Shown here one piece after another: positions 1-9,188 of a DNA stretch of 64,000 bases. Source of the DNA: Candidatus Limnocylindrales bacterium. GTDB lineage: Bacteria; Chloroflexota; Limnocylindria; Limnocylindrales; CSP1-4. Under the pieces are notes generated by a model that was not told the DNA's origin, made no database searches, and saw only the letters and a list, made by a program, of their open reading frames with translations. The stretch covers positions 5,554 through 69,553 of the forward strand of contig DASSII010000100.1 in the NCBI GenBank assembly GCA_035692005.1, given 5' to 3'. How positions within the stretch are numbered: the stretch's first letter is position 1; the number at the start of each line of letters is the position of its first letter. The position numbers were made by a program, and so were the translations under genes.

Positions 1-960
1 AGCGAGCTGTTCGTCTACAACTGGACCGACTACATCGGCGACACCACCATCCCCTCGTTCGAAGCGAAGTACGGCATCAAGGTCACCTACGACTTCTTCT
101 CCAACACCGATGAGGCGTACGCGAAACTGGGCAGCGACGGTGGCGGCTACGACCTGTCGTTCCCGATCTCGGTCGACATCCCTGCCTTCGTGAAGAAGGA
201 TGCGCTGCTGCCGCTCGACAAGTCGCTCCTGCCGAACATCGTCAATCTCGGCAAGGAGTGGTCAGATCCGGGCTACGACCCGGGCAACACCCATTCCGTG
301 CCGTACATGTGGTGGACGACCGGCGTGGCCTATGACTCGACCCGGATCAAGGACACGCCGACGAGCAGCAAGGCATTGTGGGACGCGCGCTGGGCGAAGC
401 ACATCGCGATGCTCGATGACGTCCAGGAGACGTTCGCGACCGCGCTCATCCAGCTCGGCTACAGCGCGAACACGACCGACACCAGCGAGATGGACCAGGC
501 GCTCGCCCTGCTCGAGCAGCAGAAGCCGCTCGTCCGCCTGTACAGCACCGACACGATCACGACGATGAGCTCGGGCGACGTGTGGATCGGCCAGATCTGG
601 GGAGCCGACCTGTACCAGATCAACCAGGAGAACGAGAACGTCGTCTACTACATCCCCGAGGAGGGTGGCGTCCGCGGCTCCGACACGATGGCCATCTTCG
701 CCGGCGCCAAGCACCCGATCGCGGCGCACCTGTTCATCAACCACATGCTCGATGCGCAGGTGTCGGCCGCGAACACCAACTTCATCGGCTACATGGGTCC
801 CAACGCCGCGGCCAAGGAGTTCATCAGCCCCGACATCCTGGCCGACCCGTCGGTCAACCCCGATCAGGCCCTCGTCGACAAGCTCGAGGAGCTGCTCGAC
901 CTCGGTCAGGACGTGCGTGACGAGTACCTGAAGCGCTGGCAGATCCTGCGCGGTGGCTGA
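1..960 (+). CDS. Polyamine-type (PotD/PotF-like) ABC transporter substrate-binding protein; 5' end outside window
   Basis: Frame 1 is open from base 1 (SELFVYNWTDYIGDTTIPSFEAKYGIKVTYDFF...) and continuous with the listed 190..960 ORF. Sequence is typical of the spermidine/putrescine binding-protein family. Overlaps the next permease gene by 8 nt. Confidence 0.8.
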   Translation, partial: SELFVYNWTDYIGDTTIPSFEAKYGIKVTYDFFSNTDEAYAKLGSDGGGYDLSFPISVDIPAFVKKDALLPLDKSLLPNIVNLGKEWSDPGYDPGNTHSVPYMWWTTGVAYDSTRIKDTPTSSKALWDARWAKHIAMLDDVQETFATALIQLGYSANTTDTSEMDQALALLEQQKPLVRLYSTDTITTMSSGDVWIGQIWGADLYQINQENENVVYYIPEEGGVRGSDTMAIFAGAKHPIAAHLFINHMLDAQVSAANTNFIGYMGPNAAAKEFISPDILADPSVNPDQALVDKLEELLDLGQDVRDEYLKRWQILRGG

Positions 961-1882
961 GGCCACGGACGCGGGTCAACGGCGGGCGACCGGCGACGCG
1001 GTGCGTGCCGGGTCCGAGGGTTCCGTCCGGTCGCTCGGCGACCGGCTCGCCGCCGCCGTCCTGCTCGTCCCGGGGATCGCCTGGCTGATCGCCTTCTTCG
1101 TCGTCCCGCTGGCGATGATCTTCCTGGTCAGCCTGGGCTCGCGTGACGCGCTCGACCGGATCGTCCTGGACCAGCTCAGCCTCGACAACTACGCCCGGGC
1201 GTTCGATCCGGGCTTCCTCCCGACGTTCTTCAACTCGCTCCGCTACGCCGCGGCCACGACCGTCCTGTCGCTCGCCATCGGCTACCCCATCGCGTACTGG
1301 ATCAGTCGCTACGGCGGTCGCCACAAGGCGCTGCTGCTGATCCTGGTGATGCTCCCGTTCTGGACCAGCTATCTCATCCGGACCTACGCCTGGATGATCA
1401 TCCTGCGCGACAACGGGGTGGCGAACTCGATCCTCCAGGCGGTCGGGCTGATGCACGAACCGATCATCCTGCTCAACACCGACTTCTCGGTGATCCTGGG
1501 CATGACCTACGGCTTCCTGCCGTTCGCCATCCTGCCGCTGTACGTGTCGATCGACCGGCTCGATCCGGCCCTCATCGCCGCCGCACGCGACCTGTACGCC
1601 AACGGGCGGGAGGCGTTCCTGCGGGTCACCCTGCCGCTGACCGTGCCGGGCATCGTGGCCGCCACGATCCTCACCTTCATCCCGGCCATCGGCGACTTCG
1701 TGACGCCGGATCTGCTCGGCGGCGCCCAGACCACGACCATCGCCAAGGTCGTCCAGGAGCTGTTCCTCGAGGGCCGCGACTGGCCCTACGGCGCGGCGCT
1801 CGGGTTCGTGCTGATGGTCGTGACGTTGGGCGGGACGATCGTCGCGCTGCGGCCCCTGCGCGCCGAGGTCGTCGGCACATGA
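953..1882 (+). CDS. ABC transporter permease (PotB-like)
   Basis: GTG start overlapping the upstream stop. Multi-TM protein with a binding-protein-dependent permease signature region (LYANGREAFLRVTLPLTVPGIVA). Confidence 0.8.
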   Translation: MAEATDAGQRRATGDAVRAGSEGSVRSLGDRLAAAVLLVPGIAWLIAFFVVPLAMIFLVSLGSRDALDRIVLDQLSLDNYARAFDPGFLPTFFNSLRYAAATTVLSLAIGYPIAYWISRYGGRHKALLLILVMLPFWTSYLIRTYAWMIILRDNGVANSILQAVGLMHEPIILLNTDFSVILGMTYGFLPFAILPLYVSIDRLDPALIAAARDLYANGREAFLRVTLPLTVPGIVAATILTFIPAIGDFVTPDLLGGAQTTTIAKVVQELFLEGRDWPYGAALGFVLMVVTLGGTIVALRPLRAEVVGT

Positions 1883-1892
1883 GGGCCCGGCG

Positions 1893-2696
1893 ATGAGCGG
1901 CCGCAATCGCTGGCTGTCCGCCTATGCCGTGATCGGGTACGTGTTCCTGTTCGCGCCGATCGTCGTCCTGATCATCTTCTCGTTCAACGACTCGCGCCGG
2001 AACTTCCAGTGGCGCGGGTTCACGCTCGATTGGTACCCGACGCTGCTGGCCAACGACCAGCTGCTCGACGCGCTGTTCGTGACCCTGCGCGTGGCCGCGG
2101 TCGCGGTCGTCGTTTCGACGCTGCTGGGCACGCTGTTCGGGCTGGCCCTGGCACGGCTCCGGTTCCGCGGGCGGGCGGCGACCGAGACGCTGCTCCTGGT
2201 GCCGATGGTCACGCCGGAGATCGTGATGGGCCTGAGCCTGCTGGTGTTCTTCTACCAGCTGTTCGGGTCGCGTGGCTCGTTCACCCAACTGGCGCTGGCT
2301 CACATCACCTTCTGCATCAGCTACGTGGCCATCGTCGTGCGGGCGCGGGCGGCCGGCATGGATCCACGTCTCGAGGAGGCCGCGCGTGACCTTGGCGCCT
2401 CGGCCTTCGGTGCGTTCCGCTACGTGACGCTCCCGCTCGTGGCGCCGGCCGTGCTGTCGGGGGCGTTGCTGGCCTTCGCGCTGTCGTTCGACGACTACGT
2501 GGTGACGACGTTCAATGCCGGGGTCGGGTCGTCGACCCTGCCGCTCTACATCTACGGCAAGGTCAAGTTCGGGGTCACGCCCGAGATCAACGCCATCTCG
2601 ACGCTCATCGTGGCCGTCACGGCCGTGGTCGTGCTGGCGGCCTGGCGAGTCAGCCAGCGGCGGGCCGAGGCGACCGCCACGGATGCGGGTCGCTAG
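1893..2696 (+). CDS. ABC transporter permease (PotC-like)
   Basis: 267 aa, 6-TM-like. EAA-type loop (EEAARDLGASAFGAFRYVTLPL). Sits directly after the first permease. Confidence 0.8.
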   Translation: MSGRNRWLSAYAVIGYVFLFAPIVVLIIFSFNDSRRNFQWRGFTLDWYPTLLANDQLLDALFVTLRVAAVAVVVSTLLGTLFGLALARLRFRGRAATETLLLVPMVTPEIVMGLSLLVFFYQLFGSRGSFTQLALAHITFCISYVAIVVRARAAGMDPRLEEAARDLGASAFGAFRYVTLPLVAPAVLSGALLAFALSFDDYVVTTFNAGVGSSTLPLYIYGKVKFGVTPEINAISTLIVAVTAVVVLAAWRVSQRRAEATATDAGR

Positions 2697-3994
2697 CGGT
2701 TCGTGGCCGCCCTGGAGCGAGCGCCCGTCCGGCTGACGCCAGCGTTCGTCTCGGTCGTCGCGGCCGTCGCCCCGCCGTTCGCGTCGGGTTTGGGCGGCGG
2801 CAGGTCGTACCGCTCGCGGACGACCCGCTTCGACCACACCGCGTCGCCGACGTAGCGATCGGCGACCATCTGGTCGAAGGCGTGGACCGACGCCTCGACG
2901 TTCGAATAGCGTCCGGCGACGAACGACGACGAACGGGTCCCGCGCTGCTGCAACTCGCAGACGTGCCAGTCCTGGGTGTTGGTCAGGTCCCAGAAGGCGA
3001 TCTCGTCGGACGGATCGAACCCTGGGGCGGCGATCGTCTCCGCCTCGAACAGCCAGTCGCACACGACGGTCGTGCGATCCGGCCCGCTGGGCACCAGGCG
3101 GTGGACGAGCAGGTAATCCGGGTGGATCGACAGGAAGGTCGTCGGCCACACGAGGTAGTAGTAGACACAGCGTTCGTCGCGAGGCGTGATCCCGCGCATC
3201 GGCGGCCGGCCGTCGCGCGAGCCGTGGCCGCCGTCGAGGGCCATCGTCTCGGCGCCGTCGGCCAGCTCCATCCAGCCGCCCTGCCAGGCACCATCGGGGT
3301 CGAAGTCACCGCCGAGGTCATACGGGGTGAGCTTGTTGAGCTGCGGGTGGACGCCCGGGCAGTGGTAGCACTCGCTGTAGTTCTCGGCGATGAACTTCCA
3401 GTTCGCCGCCACCTCGTATTCGATGCGCTTGGCGCGCCGCAGCGTCGTGAAGTCGAACCTGGTCCACTGCTCGACCAGGTCGCCGAGCTGGTCGCGCAGC
3501 GACGTGGCGCCGGGGTCAAGGTTCAGGAAGATGAACCCCTGCCAGGTGTCGAGGCGGACCGCCGCGAGGCCGTAGTCGGCGAACGCGAAGTCGTCCAGAT
3601 CGTCGGTGTGCTTGGCCCGGACGAGCGCGCCGTCGAGGTCGTAGATCCAGGCGTGGTAGGGGCACTGGAAGCGGACGACCTTGCCGCATGGCTCCTCGGC
3701 GACGGCCGTGCCGCGATGGCGGCACACGTTGTGGAACCCGCGCAGCTGGCCATCCCGACCGCGCACGACGATGAGTGGATCGCCGTCGACATCGACCAGC
3801 AGATAGCTGCCGGGATCCGCGACATCCTCCTCGCGCGCGACCATGACCCAGTCGCGCCGAACGATGTTGGCACGCTCCCAGTCGAAGATGGCCGAGTCGT
3901 GGTACGCCCGCTTGGGCAGCAGCGACGCGGCGCGATACTCGCGGCGGATCGAGGCAAGCTCGTCGGGCGTGATCGGCGACGGTCCGTGGGTCAT
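2693..3994 (-). CDS. Rieske [2Fe-2S] non-haem-iron oxygenase, alpha-subunit type (GbcA/ring-hydroxylating family)
   Basis: Rieske motif CRHRG...(17 aa)...CPYHAW. C-terminal catalytic domain with NYSECYHCPGVHP. 4-nt overlap with the upstream GcvT-family gene. Confidence 0.8.
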   Translation of the reverse strand: MTHGPSPITPDELASIRREYRAASLLPKRAYHDSAIFDWERANIVRRDWVMVAREEDVADPGSYLLVDVDGDPLIVVRGRDGQLRGFHNVCRHRGTAVAEEPCGKVVRFQCPYHAWIYDLDGALVRAKHTDDLDDFAFADYGLAAVRLDTWQGFIFLNLDPGATSLRDQLGDLVEQWTRFDFTTLRRAKRIEYEVAANWKFIAENYSECYHCPGVHPQLNKLTPYDLGGDFDPDGAWQGGWMELADGAETMALDGGHGSRDGRPPMRGITPRDERCVYYYLVWPTTFLSIHPDYLLVHRLVPSGPDRTTVVCDWLFEAETIAAPGFDPSDEIAFWDLTNTQDWHVCELQQRGTRSSSFVAGRYSNVEASVHAFDQMVADRYVGDAVWSKRVVRERYDLPPPKPDANGGATAATTETNAGVSRTGARSRAATNR

Positions 3995-5163
3995 GACTTG
4001 GGCACGTCCTTGCGCGGATCGAGGAACGGGATGGACGCGGTCGTGGCCGGCCAGATCCCGCCATCGGGAGCGACGATGTCGAGGGCCACCCCCGGGTCGG
4101 CCAGGCCGATCGGCACCCAGACGTAGCCGATGTTCTTGTCGAGCCTCGGCGACCAGATGAGATCGGTCACCGTGCCGACGGGCTGGCCATCATGCACGGC
4201 GTCGCACGCGCGCGACAGCTCGAACGGGAGGGCGTCGCCGGCGACCTCGATCCCGACGAGCTTGCGGTCGACCCCGGTCCGGCGGATCTCCTCGAGGGCG
4301 GCCTTGCCGATGTAGTCGGCGTCCTGGACCTCGACCAGCCGCTCCAGACCCATGACGTGGAACGGGGTGTCCCTGATGGTGATATCGGAGCCGTAGTTGA
4401 AGATGCCCGCCTCGATGCGCCGGGCTTCGCAGGGTGCGATCGGACGGATGCCGTGCGGAGCCCCGGCCGCCATGATCCGGTCCCACAGCTCGGCGCCACG
4501 CGACGGGTCGCGCAGGTAGATCTCGTAGCCGACCTCGCCGGTCCAGCCCGTCCGGCTGATGACGACGGGGATGCCGTCGAGCTCGGTCTGGAGCGTCCAG
4601 TAGTACTTGATGTCGAGGATCTCCTCGCCGAACAGCGCGACGAGGGTGTCCTTCGACTTGGGCCCCTGGACCTGGACCGGGTAGACCTCCGGCTCGCGCA
4701 CCGTGACGTCCATCCCGCTGTGCACGGCCACGCCACGAGCCCACAGGCCGGCGTCGCTATCGGCCAGCGCCAGCCACCAGCGATCGGCCTCGATCCGGAG
4801 CAGCACCGGGTCGTTCACGATGCCGCCGTCCTCGGCGGTGATGAGCACGTACTTGCCCTGACCGACGGCGCATCTCGTCAGGTCCCGGCAGGTCAGCGTG
4901 TTGACGAACGCGGAGGCGTCAGGACCGGTGATCTCGACGATGCGCTCGACCGACACGTCCCACAGGGTCACGTCGTTGAGCAGCGCCCAGTACTCCTCGA
5001 CCGGATCGGCGTAGTAACCCGGCAGGTACATGTGGTTGTAGATGTCGTACGCGCTGCAGCCGGCCTCCCGCGTCTTGTCGAAGAACGGCGAGCGTCGGTA
5101 CCACGGGCCGAAATAGAGCGTCGAGGACTCGCTCGTGGCGGGACTCGCGAGCGGGGTGGCCAT
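3991..5163 (-). CDS. Aminomethyltransferase (GcvT/DmdA) family protein
   Basis: 390 aa with GcvT-family features (SAYDIYNHMYLPGYY, VSVERIVEITGPDA, ISRTGWTGEVGYEIY). GAGGAGG Shine-Dalgarno upstream of the ATG at 5163. Confidence 0.8.
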   Translation of the reverse strand: MATPLASPATSESSTLYFGPWYRRSPFFDKTREAGCSAYDIYNHMYLPGYYADPVEEYWALLNDVTLWDVSVERIVEITGPDASAFVNTLTCRDLTRCAVGQGKYVLITAEDGGIVNDPVLLRIEADRWWLALADSDAGLWARGVAVHSGMDVTVREPEVYPVQVQGPKSKDTLVALFGEEILDIKYYWTLQTELDGIPVVISRTGWTGEVGYEIYLRDPSRGAELWDRIMAAGAPHGIRPIAPCEARRIEAGIFNYGSDITIRDTPFHVMGLERLVEVQDADYIGKAALEEIRRTGVDRKLVGIEVAGDALPFELSRACDAVHDGQPVGTVTDLIWSPRLDKNIGYVWVPIGLADPGVALDIVAPDGGIWPATTASIPFLDPRKDVPKS

Positions 5164-5440
5164 GGTCGGGTGCCTCCTCGACGGATGATGCGTCCGGCCG
5201 ATCGTGCCCGATGGGGATCCTATTGCCCCTCATGTCCCATCGTGCGGACCGGCAGATCGGCGGACGCAGCCGCGTCGCGTGACGCGCCCGGACAGGACGA
5301 TGCCCGGCCTGCGGAGTGCGCAGGTCGGGCATCTCTGGCCGATCTCCCCCCGGAATAAGGCCATGGCCAACAGTACCGGTCAGGTCCCGGTCGCGCAAGT
5401 ACCTGACGCACGAATCGGTGCCGGGCAGCACCGTGCCGGG

Positions 5441-7111
5441 CTACTCGAGCGTGACCCGTTCGTGCCAGTGTGGAACGTGCGTCGCGAGCCCGAGCGCGCG
5501 GACCTTGGGTTCGAGCGCGACCTGCGCCTCGGGGTCGCCGTGGACCAGGAACACGCGTCGGGGATAGCCGGCATCGCCGGGCCGTCGGCCAGCCACGAAT
5601 CGCCCGAGCCAGTCGAGCAGCTCGCTCTCGTCGGCATGGGCCGAAAAGCCACTGATCGAGCGCACCTGGCACTTCACCTCGCGCGGCTGGCCGTCGATGC
5701 GGACCTCGCGGGCACCGGCCTGCAGGTGGGCGCCGAGCGTGCCCTCACCCTGGTAGCCGACGAACAGGATGGTGGCCGCCGGATCGTCGATCAGGTGGCG
5801 CAGGTGGCCGACGACCCGCCCGCCGGTGAGCATGCCGTTCGAGGCGACGATCATGTACGGACGGGCCGCGCGCTCGATGGCCTGCGACGCCTTGATGTCG
5901 TTGGTGACGATCTGGCCCGGGTAATCGAGCGGGGTCTCGCCGTCGCGCAGGAGCCGGGCGGTCTCGGCGTCGTAGTAGTCCGGATGATGGCGGTAGACAT
6001 CCGATGCCTTCGACGCCATCGGCGAGTCGAGGTACAGCGGCAGCTGCGGGATCTCGCCACGTTCGATGAGTCGATCGAGCTCCCACACGATCTCCTGGGT
6101 GCGCCCGATGGCAAAGGACGGCACGAGCAGGACGCCATCCGCCTCGGCCACCAGCCGGACCGTCTCGGCCAGCAGGCGCACCGCCTCGTCCTGCGGCTCG
6201 TGTTCGCGGCCGCCGTACGTCGACTCGACAAGGATGTAGTCCGCGGCCGTGAGATAGGTCGGGTCGCGAAGGATCGGCGTGCCCGGTCGACCGAGGTCGC
6301 CGGAGCACACGATCACGGTCTCGTCGCCGCCATCGCGCTCCACGACGCGCAGCCGGATGATGGCCGAGCCGAGGATGTGGCCCGCGTCGAGGAAGGCCGC
6401 CCGGACGCCCGGCGCGACCTCGATCTCCTCGTCGTAGCCATGTGCCTGGAACGAGGCGAGGCTCCGTTCGGCGTCCTTGACCGTGTACAGCGGCACGTCG
6501 AGATCGATGTCGACCGCCGCCGGCTGTGCCCGCAGATCGGCCTCGGGATCCCGCGGCCACGTCGCGGCCGGCTCGGGCTCGATCGTCGTCGGAACATGCT
6601 CGCCGCCATCGGTCTCGAGGGCGATCGCCCGTGCCGCGCCACCGGCCGCGGTCTCGACGGCGACCTCCTCGGACGCGCCGGCAGTCGCCAGGTCGACGGC
6701 GGCCTGGTAGACCTCCGCTTCCTGTCGATCGTCGGCCTCGACCTTGTCGGGATGTCGCTTCTCCCAGCGTGCCTCGCGCTTGGCGAACTCTTCGTGCAGA
6801 TGGCCCGAGTCGAGCAGGACGAGGGTGGCCAGCTCGATCGTCCCGGCGGTCGCGTGGATCGGGCCGGTGTAGCCGCGCTTGACGAGGAGCGGCAGCAGGC
6901 CGCAGTGGTCAAGGTGGGCGTGGGTCAGCAGGACGGCGTCGATCGAACCGGGATCGAACGCGAACGGGATGCGGTTGCGGACCGATTCATTCGGGCTGCC
7001 CTGGAACATCCCGCAGTCGACGAGCACCCGCGCGCGCTCGGTCGTGATGAGGAACTGGGAGCCGGTGACGGTCGTGGCGCCGCCGAGGAACTGGATCTGC
7101 ATACGCGCCAT
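5441..7111 (-). CDS. MBL-fold beta-CASP hydrolase (RNA-metabolising type)
   Basis: N-terminal MBL motif LLTHAHLDHCG. C-terminal beta-CASP/RMMBL-like region (SGFSAHADESELLDW). Carries a roughly 100-aa acidic, low-complexity insertion. Confidence 0.75.
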   Translation of the reverse strand: MARMQIQFLGGATTVTGSQFLITTERARVLVDCGMFQGSPNESVRNRIPFAFDPGSIDAVLLTHAHLDHCGLLPLLVKRGYTGPIHATAGTIELATLVLLDSGHLHEEFAKREARWEKRHPDKVEADDRQEAEVYQAAVDLATAGASEEVAVETAAGGAARAIALETDGGEHVPTTIEPEPAATWPRDPEADLRAQPAAVDIDLDVPLYTVKDAERSLASFQAHGYDEEIEVAPGVRAAFLDAGHILGSAIIRLRVVERDGGDETVIVCSGDLGRPGTPILRDPTYLTAADYILVESTYGGREHEPQDEAVRLLAETVRLVAEADGVLLVPSFAIGRTQEIVWELDRLIERGEIPQLPLYLDSPMASKASDVYRHHPDYYDAETARLLRDGETPLDYPGQIVTNDIKASQAIERAARPYMIVASNGMLTGGRVVGHLRHLIDDPAATILFVGYQGEGTLGAHLQAGAREVRIDGQPREVKCQVRSISGFSAHADESELLDWLGRFVAGRRPGDAGYPRRVFLVHGDPEAQVALEPKVRALGLATHVPHWHERVTLE

Positions 7112-7144
7112 GGTGACAGGCGCGGACGCCGACCGGCGCCGGGC

Positions 7145-9040
7145 TCACACGGTCAGGACGAGCGCATCGACCGCGATGGCGAGGAACAGCAGCGACAGGT
7201 AGCTGATGGAGTAGCGGTACAGGGCGATCGCGCCCGCGGTGGACGCTTCCTCCGACGCGCCGCGCTGCCACAACCGATAGGCCTGCCAGATGAACATGGC
7301 GCCTAATGCGACGGCCGCAAAGAGGTAGATCAGGCCCATCCGTGCGACGGGCCAGAGCACGAGCGAGATGGCCACCATCAGCAACGTGTAGAGGGCGATC
7401 TGGCGCGTCGTCTCCGGGATGCCCTTGACCACCGGCAGCATCGGCACGCCGGCCGCCGCGTAATCCTTGCGGATGCGCAACGACAACGCCCAGAAGTGGG
7501 GCGGCGTCCAGTAGAAGACCAGGGCGAACAGGATGAGCGCGGGGATGCCGACGTCCCCGGTCACGGCCGCCCAACCGATGACCGGCGGCAGCGCCCCAGC
7601 GGCACCGCCGATCACGATGTTCTGCGGTGTCGTGCGCTTCAGCAACATGGTGTAGACCACGACGTAGAACCCGATCGCGAGCAGGGTCAGGAAGGCGGCC
7701 AGCAGGTTGACCGTCCACGCCATCAGCACGAACGAGGCGATGCCGAGCGCGATGCCGAACACCACGGCCCGTTCGGGCTCGACCTGGTGGGCGGGCAGCG
7801 GTCGCCGACGCGTCCGGGTCATGAGCTCGTCGATGTCGCGGTCGATGTAGCAGTTGATGGCGTTCGCGCTGCCCGCCGCGAGCGTGCCACCGATGAGCGT
7901 CCAGGCGACGAGCCAGCCCCAGTCGCCCCAGTCGATGCCCGGCACCCAGCGGGTGGCCAGGACCATGGCCGGCACGGTGGTGACCAGCAGCAGCTCGATG
8001 ATGCGCGGCTTGGTCAGCGCGACGTAGGCGCGGATCGTGTCGATCGGCGACGACGCCCGCCGCGGCGGCTGGGCTGCGGCGTCGGTGTCCCCGCTGCCGC
8101 CGGCACCCCGCTGCGCGTCGCGATCGGCGTCCGTCATCGGGCCGGCCGGCGCGGTCACGGACCGGGCGAGGTAGAAGCTCTTCACGGTGAGGGCCACGAG
8201 CATGGCGAAGATGACCGCGCCGAGCGCCAGATGCAGGGTCTGGGTCCAGGCCGACAACCGCGTCAGGACCTGCAGCCCGCCGATCACGATCTGGATCGCG
8301 AACAACAGCGCGGACGACCACGCCAGACGGACCAGGGTCGGTCGGTCGCGTTGCGTCCGCCAGGCGATGACCGCCACGACGCCGACGATGGCGCCCACGA
8401 CCGCGGCGACCCAGCGGTGCAGCACGTGGGCCGACGTGACCTCGGTCAGGGCCGGGGTCAGGGTCCCACTCATCAGCGGCCAGTCGGGGAAGATCAGCGC
8501 CGAGTCGGTCGCGGTGACATGCGATCCGAACAGCAGCAGGGCGAATGTCGCGACCGTGGCGAACGCGGCCAGGAGCGTGAACCGTTGGCTCGCGCCAGCC
8601 GTCCCGAAGCGGGCCGGGAAGCCGGCACGCACGGTCAGGTAGACGAGCAGCGCCACGAGCAGCATCGCGGCGGCCAGGTGGGCAGTGACGGACTCCCCGC
8701 TGTTGCCGAGGCGGACGGTCTCGCGGCCGAGCCATGCCTGGAACCCGACCAACCCCACGGCCGCGACGGCCGGCCAGACCAGGGAGCTGCGCTGTCGGTG
8801 ATCGCGGACCGCCAGGGCTGCGAGGCCAAGGATCTCGAAACCGATGACGACAGCGATCGTGCGGTGGATCCACTCGATCCACGCCTTCGGGTCGTCGAGC
8901 GGCGGGAGCAGCTGGCCGTGGCACAGCGGCCAGTCCGGGCAGCCGAGGCCGGAATCGGTGGCGCGCACGACGACGCCGACGGTGACCAGCAGGATCGCGG
9001 TCCCAAGGGTCAACGCGGCAAGCTTCTGGAAGCGGCTCAA
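7145..9040 (-). CDS. Fusion protein: haem A synthase (CtaA/COX15) N-terminal half plus protohaem IX farnesyltransferase (CtaB/CyoE) C-terminal half
   Basis: N-terminus has GCPDWPLCHG and multiple TM/His segments (CtaA). After a polar linker comes YVALTKPRIIELLL ... NCYIDRDIDELMTRTRRRPLP (UbiA/CtaB motif). It is a single uninterrupted 631-aa ORF. Confidence 0.8.
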   Translation of the reverse strand: MSRFQKLAALTLGTAILLVTVGVVVRATDSGLGCPDWPLCHGQLLPPLDDPKAWIEWIHRTIAVVIGFEILGLAALAVRDHRQRSSLVWPAVAAVGLVGFQAWLGRETVRLGNSGESVTAHLAAAMLLVALLVYLTVRAGFPARFGTAGASQRFTLLAAFATVATFALLLFGSHVTATDSALIFPDWPLMSGTLTPALTEVTSAHVLHRWVAAVVGAIVGVVAVIAWRTQRDRPTLVRLAWSSALLFAIQIVIGGLQVLTRLSAWTQTLHLALGAVIFAMLVALTVKSFYLARSVTAPAGPMTDADRDAQRGAGGSGDTDAAAQPPRRASSPIDTIRAYVALTKPRIIELLLVTTVPAMVLATRWVPGIDWGDWGWLVAWTLIGGTLAAGSANAINCYIDRDIDELMTRTRRRPLPAHQVEPERAVVFGIALGIASFVLMAWTVNLLAAFLTLLAIGFYVVVYTMLLKRTTPQNIVIGGAAGALPPVIGWAAVTGDVGIPALILFALVFYWTPPHFWALSLRIRKDYAAAGVPMLPVVKGIPETTRQIALYTLLMVAISLVLWPVARMGLIYLFAAVALGAMFIWQAYRLWQRGASEEASTAGAIALYRYSISYLSLLFLAIAVDALVLTV

Positions 9041-9188
9041 CGGGTCTCCTGTGGCCTCGGCGGGGCGGGGACGGGAACCAGCGATGTGCCACCGGCCGAA
9101 CAGCGACCGCCATTCTAGCGCGACCGGGTCCCGGCGCCCGTGAGGGCCGGTCGCGGCGGCTTGTGACCGCCTCGGCTACGCTTCGGCC

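Noticed and set aside
2693-2696. Convergent potC-like and Rieske genes share their stop codons in the palindrome CTAG
   Set aside because: It is real in the sequence but most likely a coincidence of tight packing, with no functional claim. The 16-nt convergent overlap at 34370..34385 is treated the same way.
5204-7306. 700-aa plus-strand ORF antisense to the MBL/beta-CASP gene
   Set aside because: R/G/D/A/P-rich with no recognisable motifs. It fully overlaps a gene with clear family motifs on the other strand. This is the typical stop-poor antisense frame of very GC-rich DNA.
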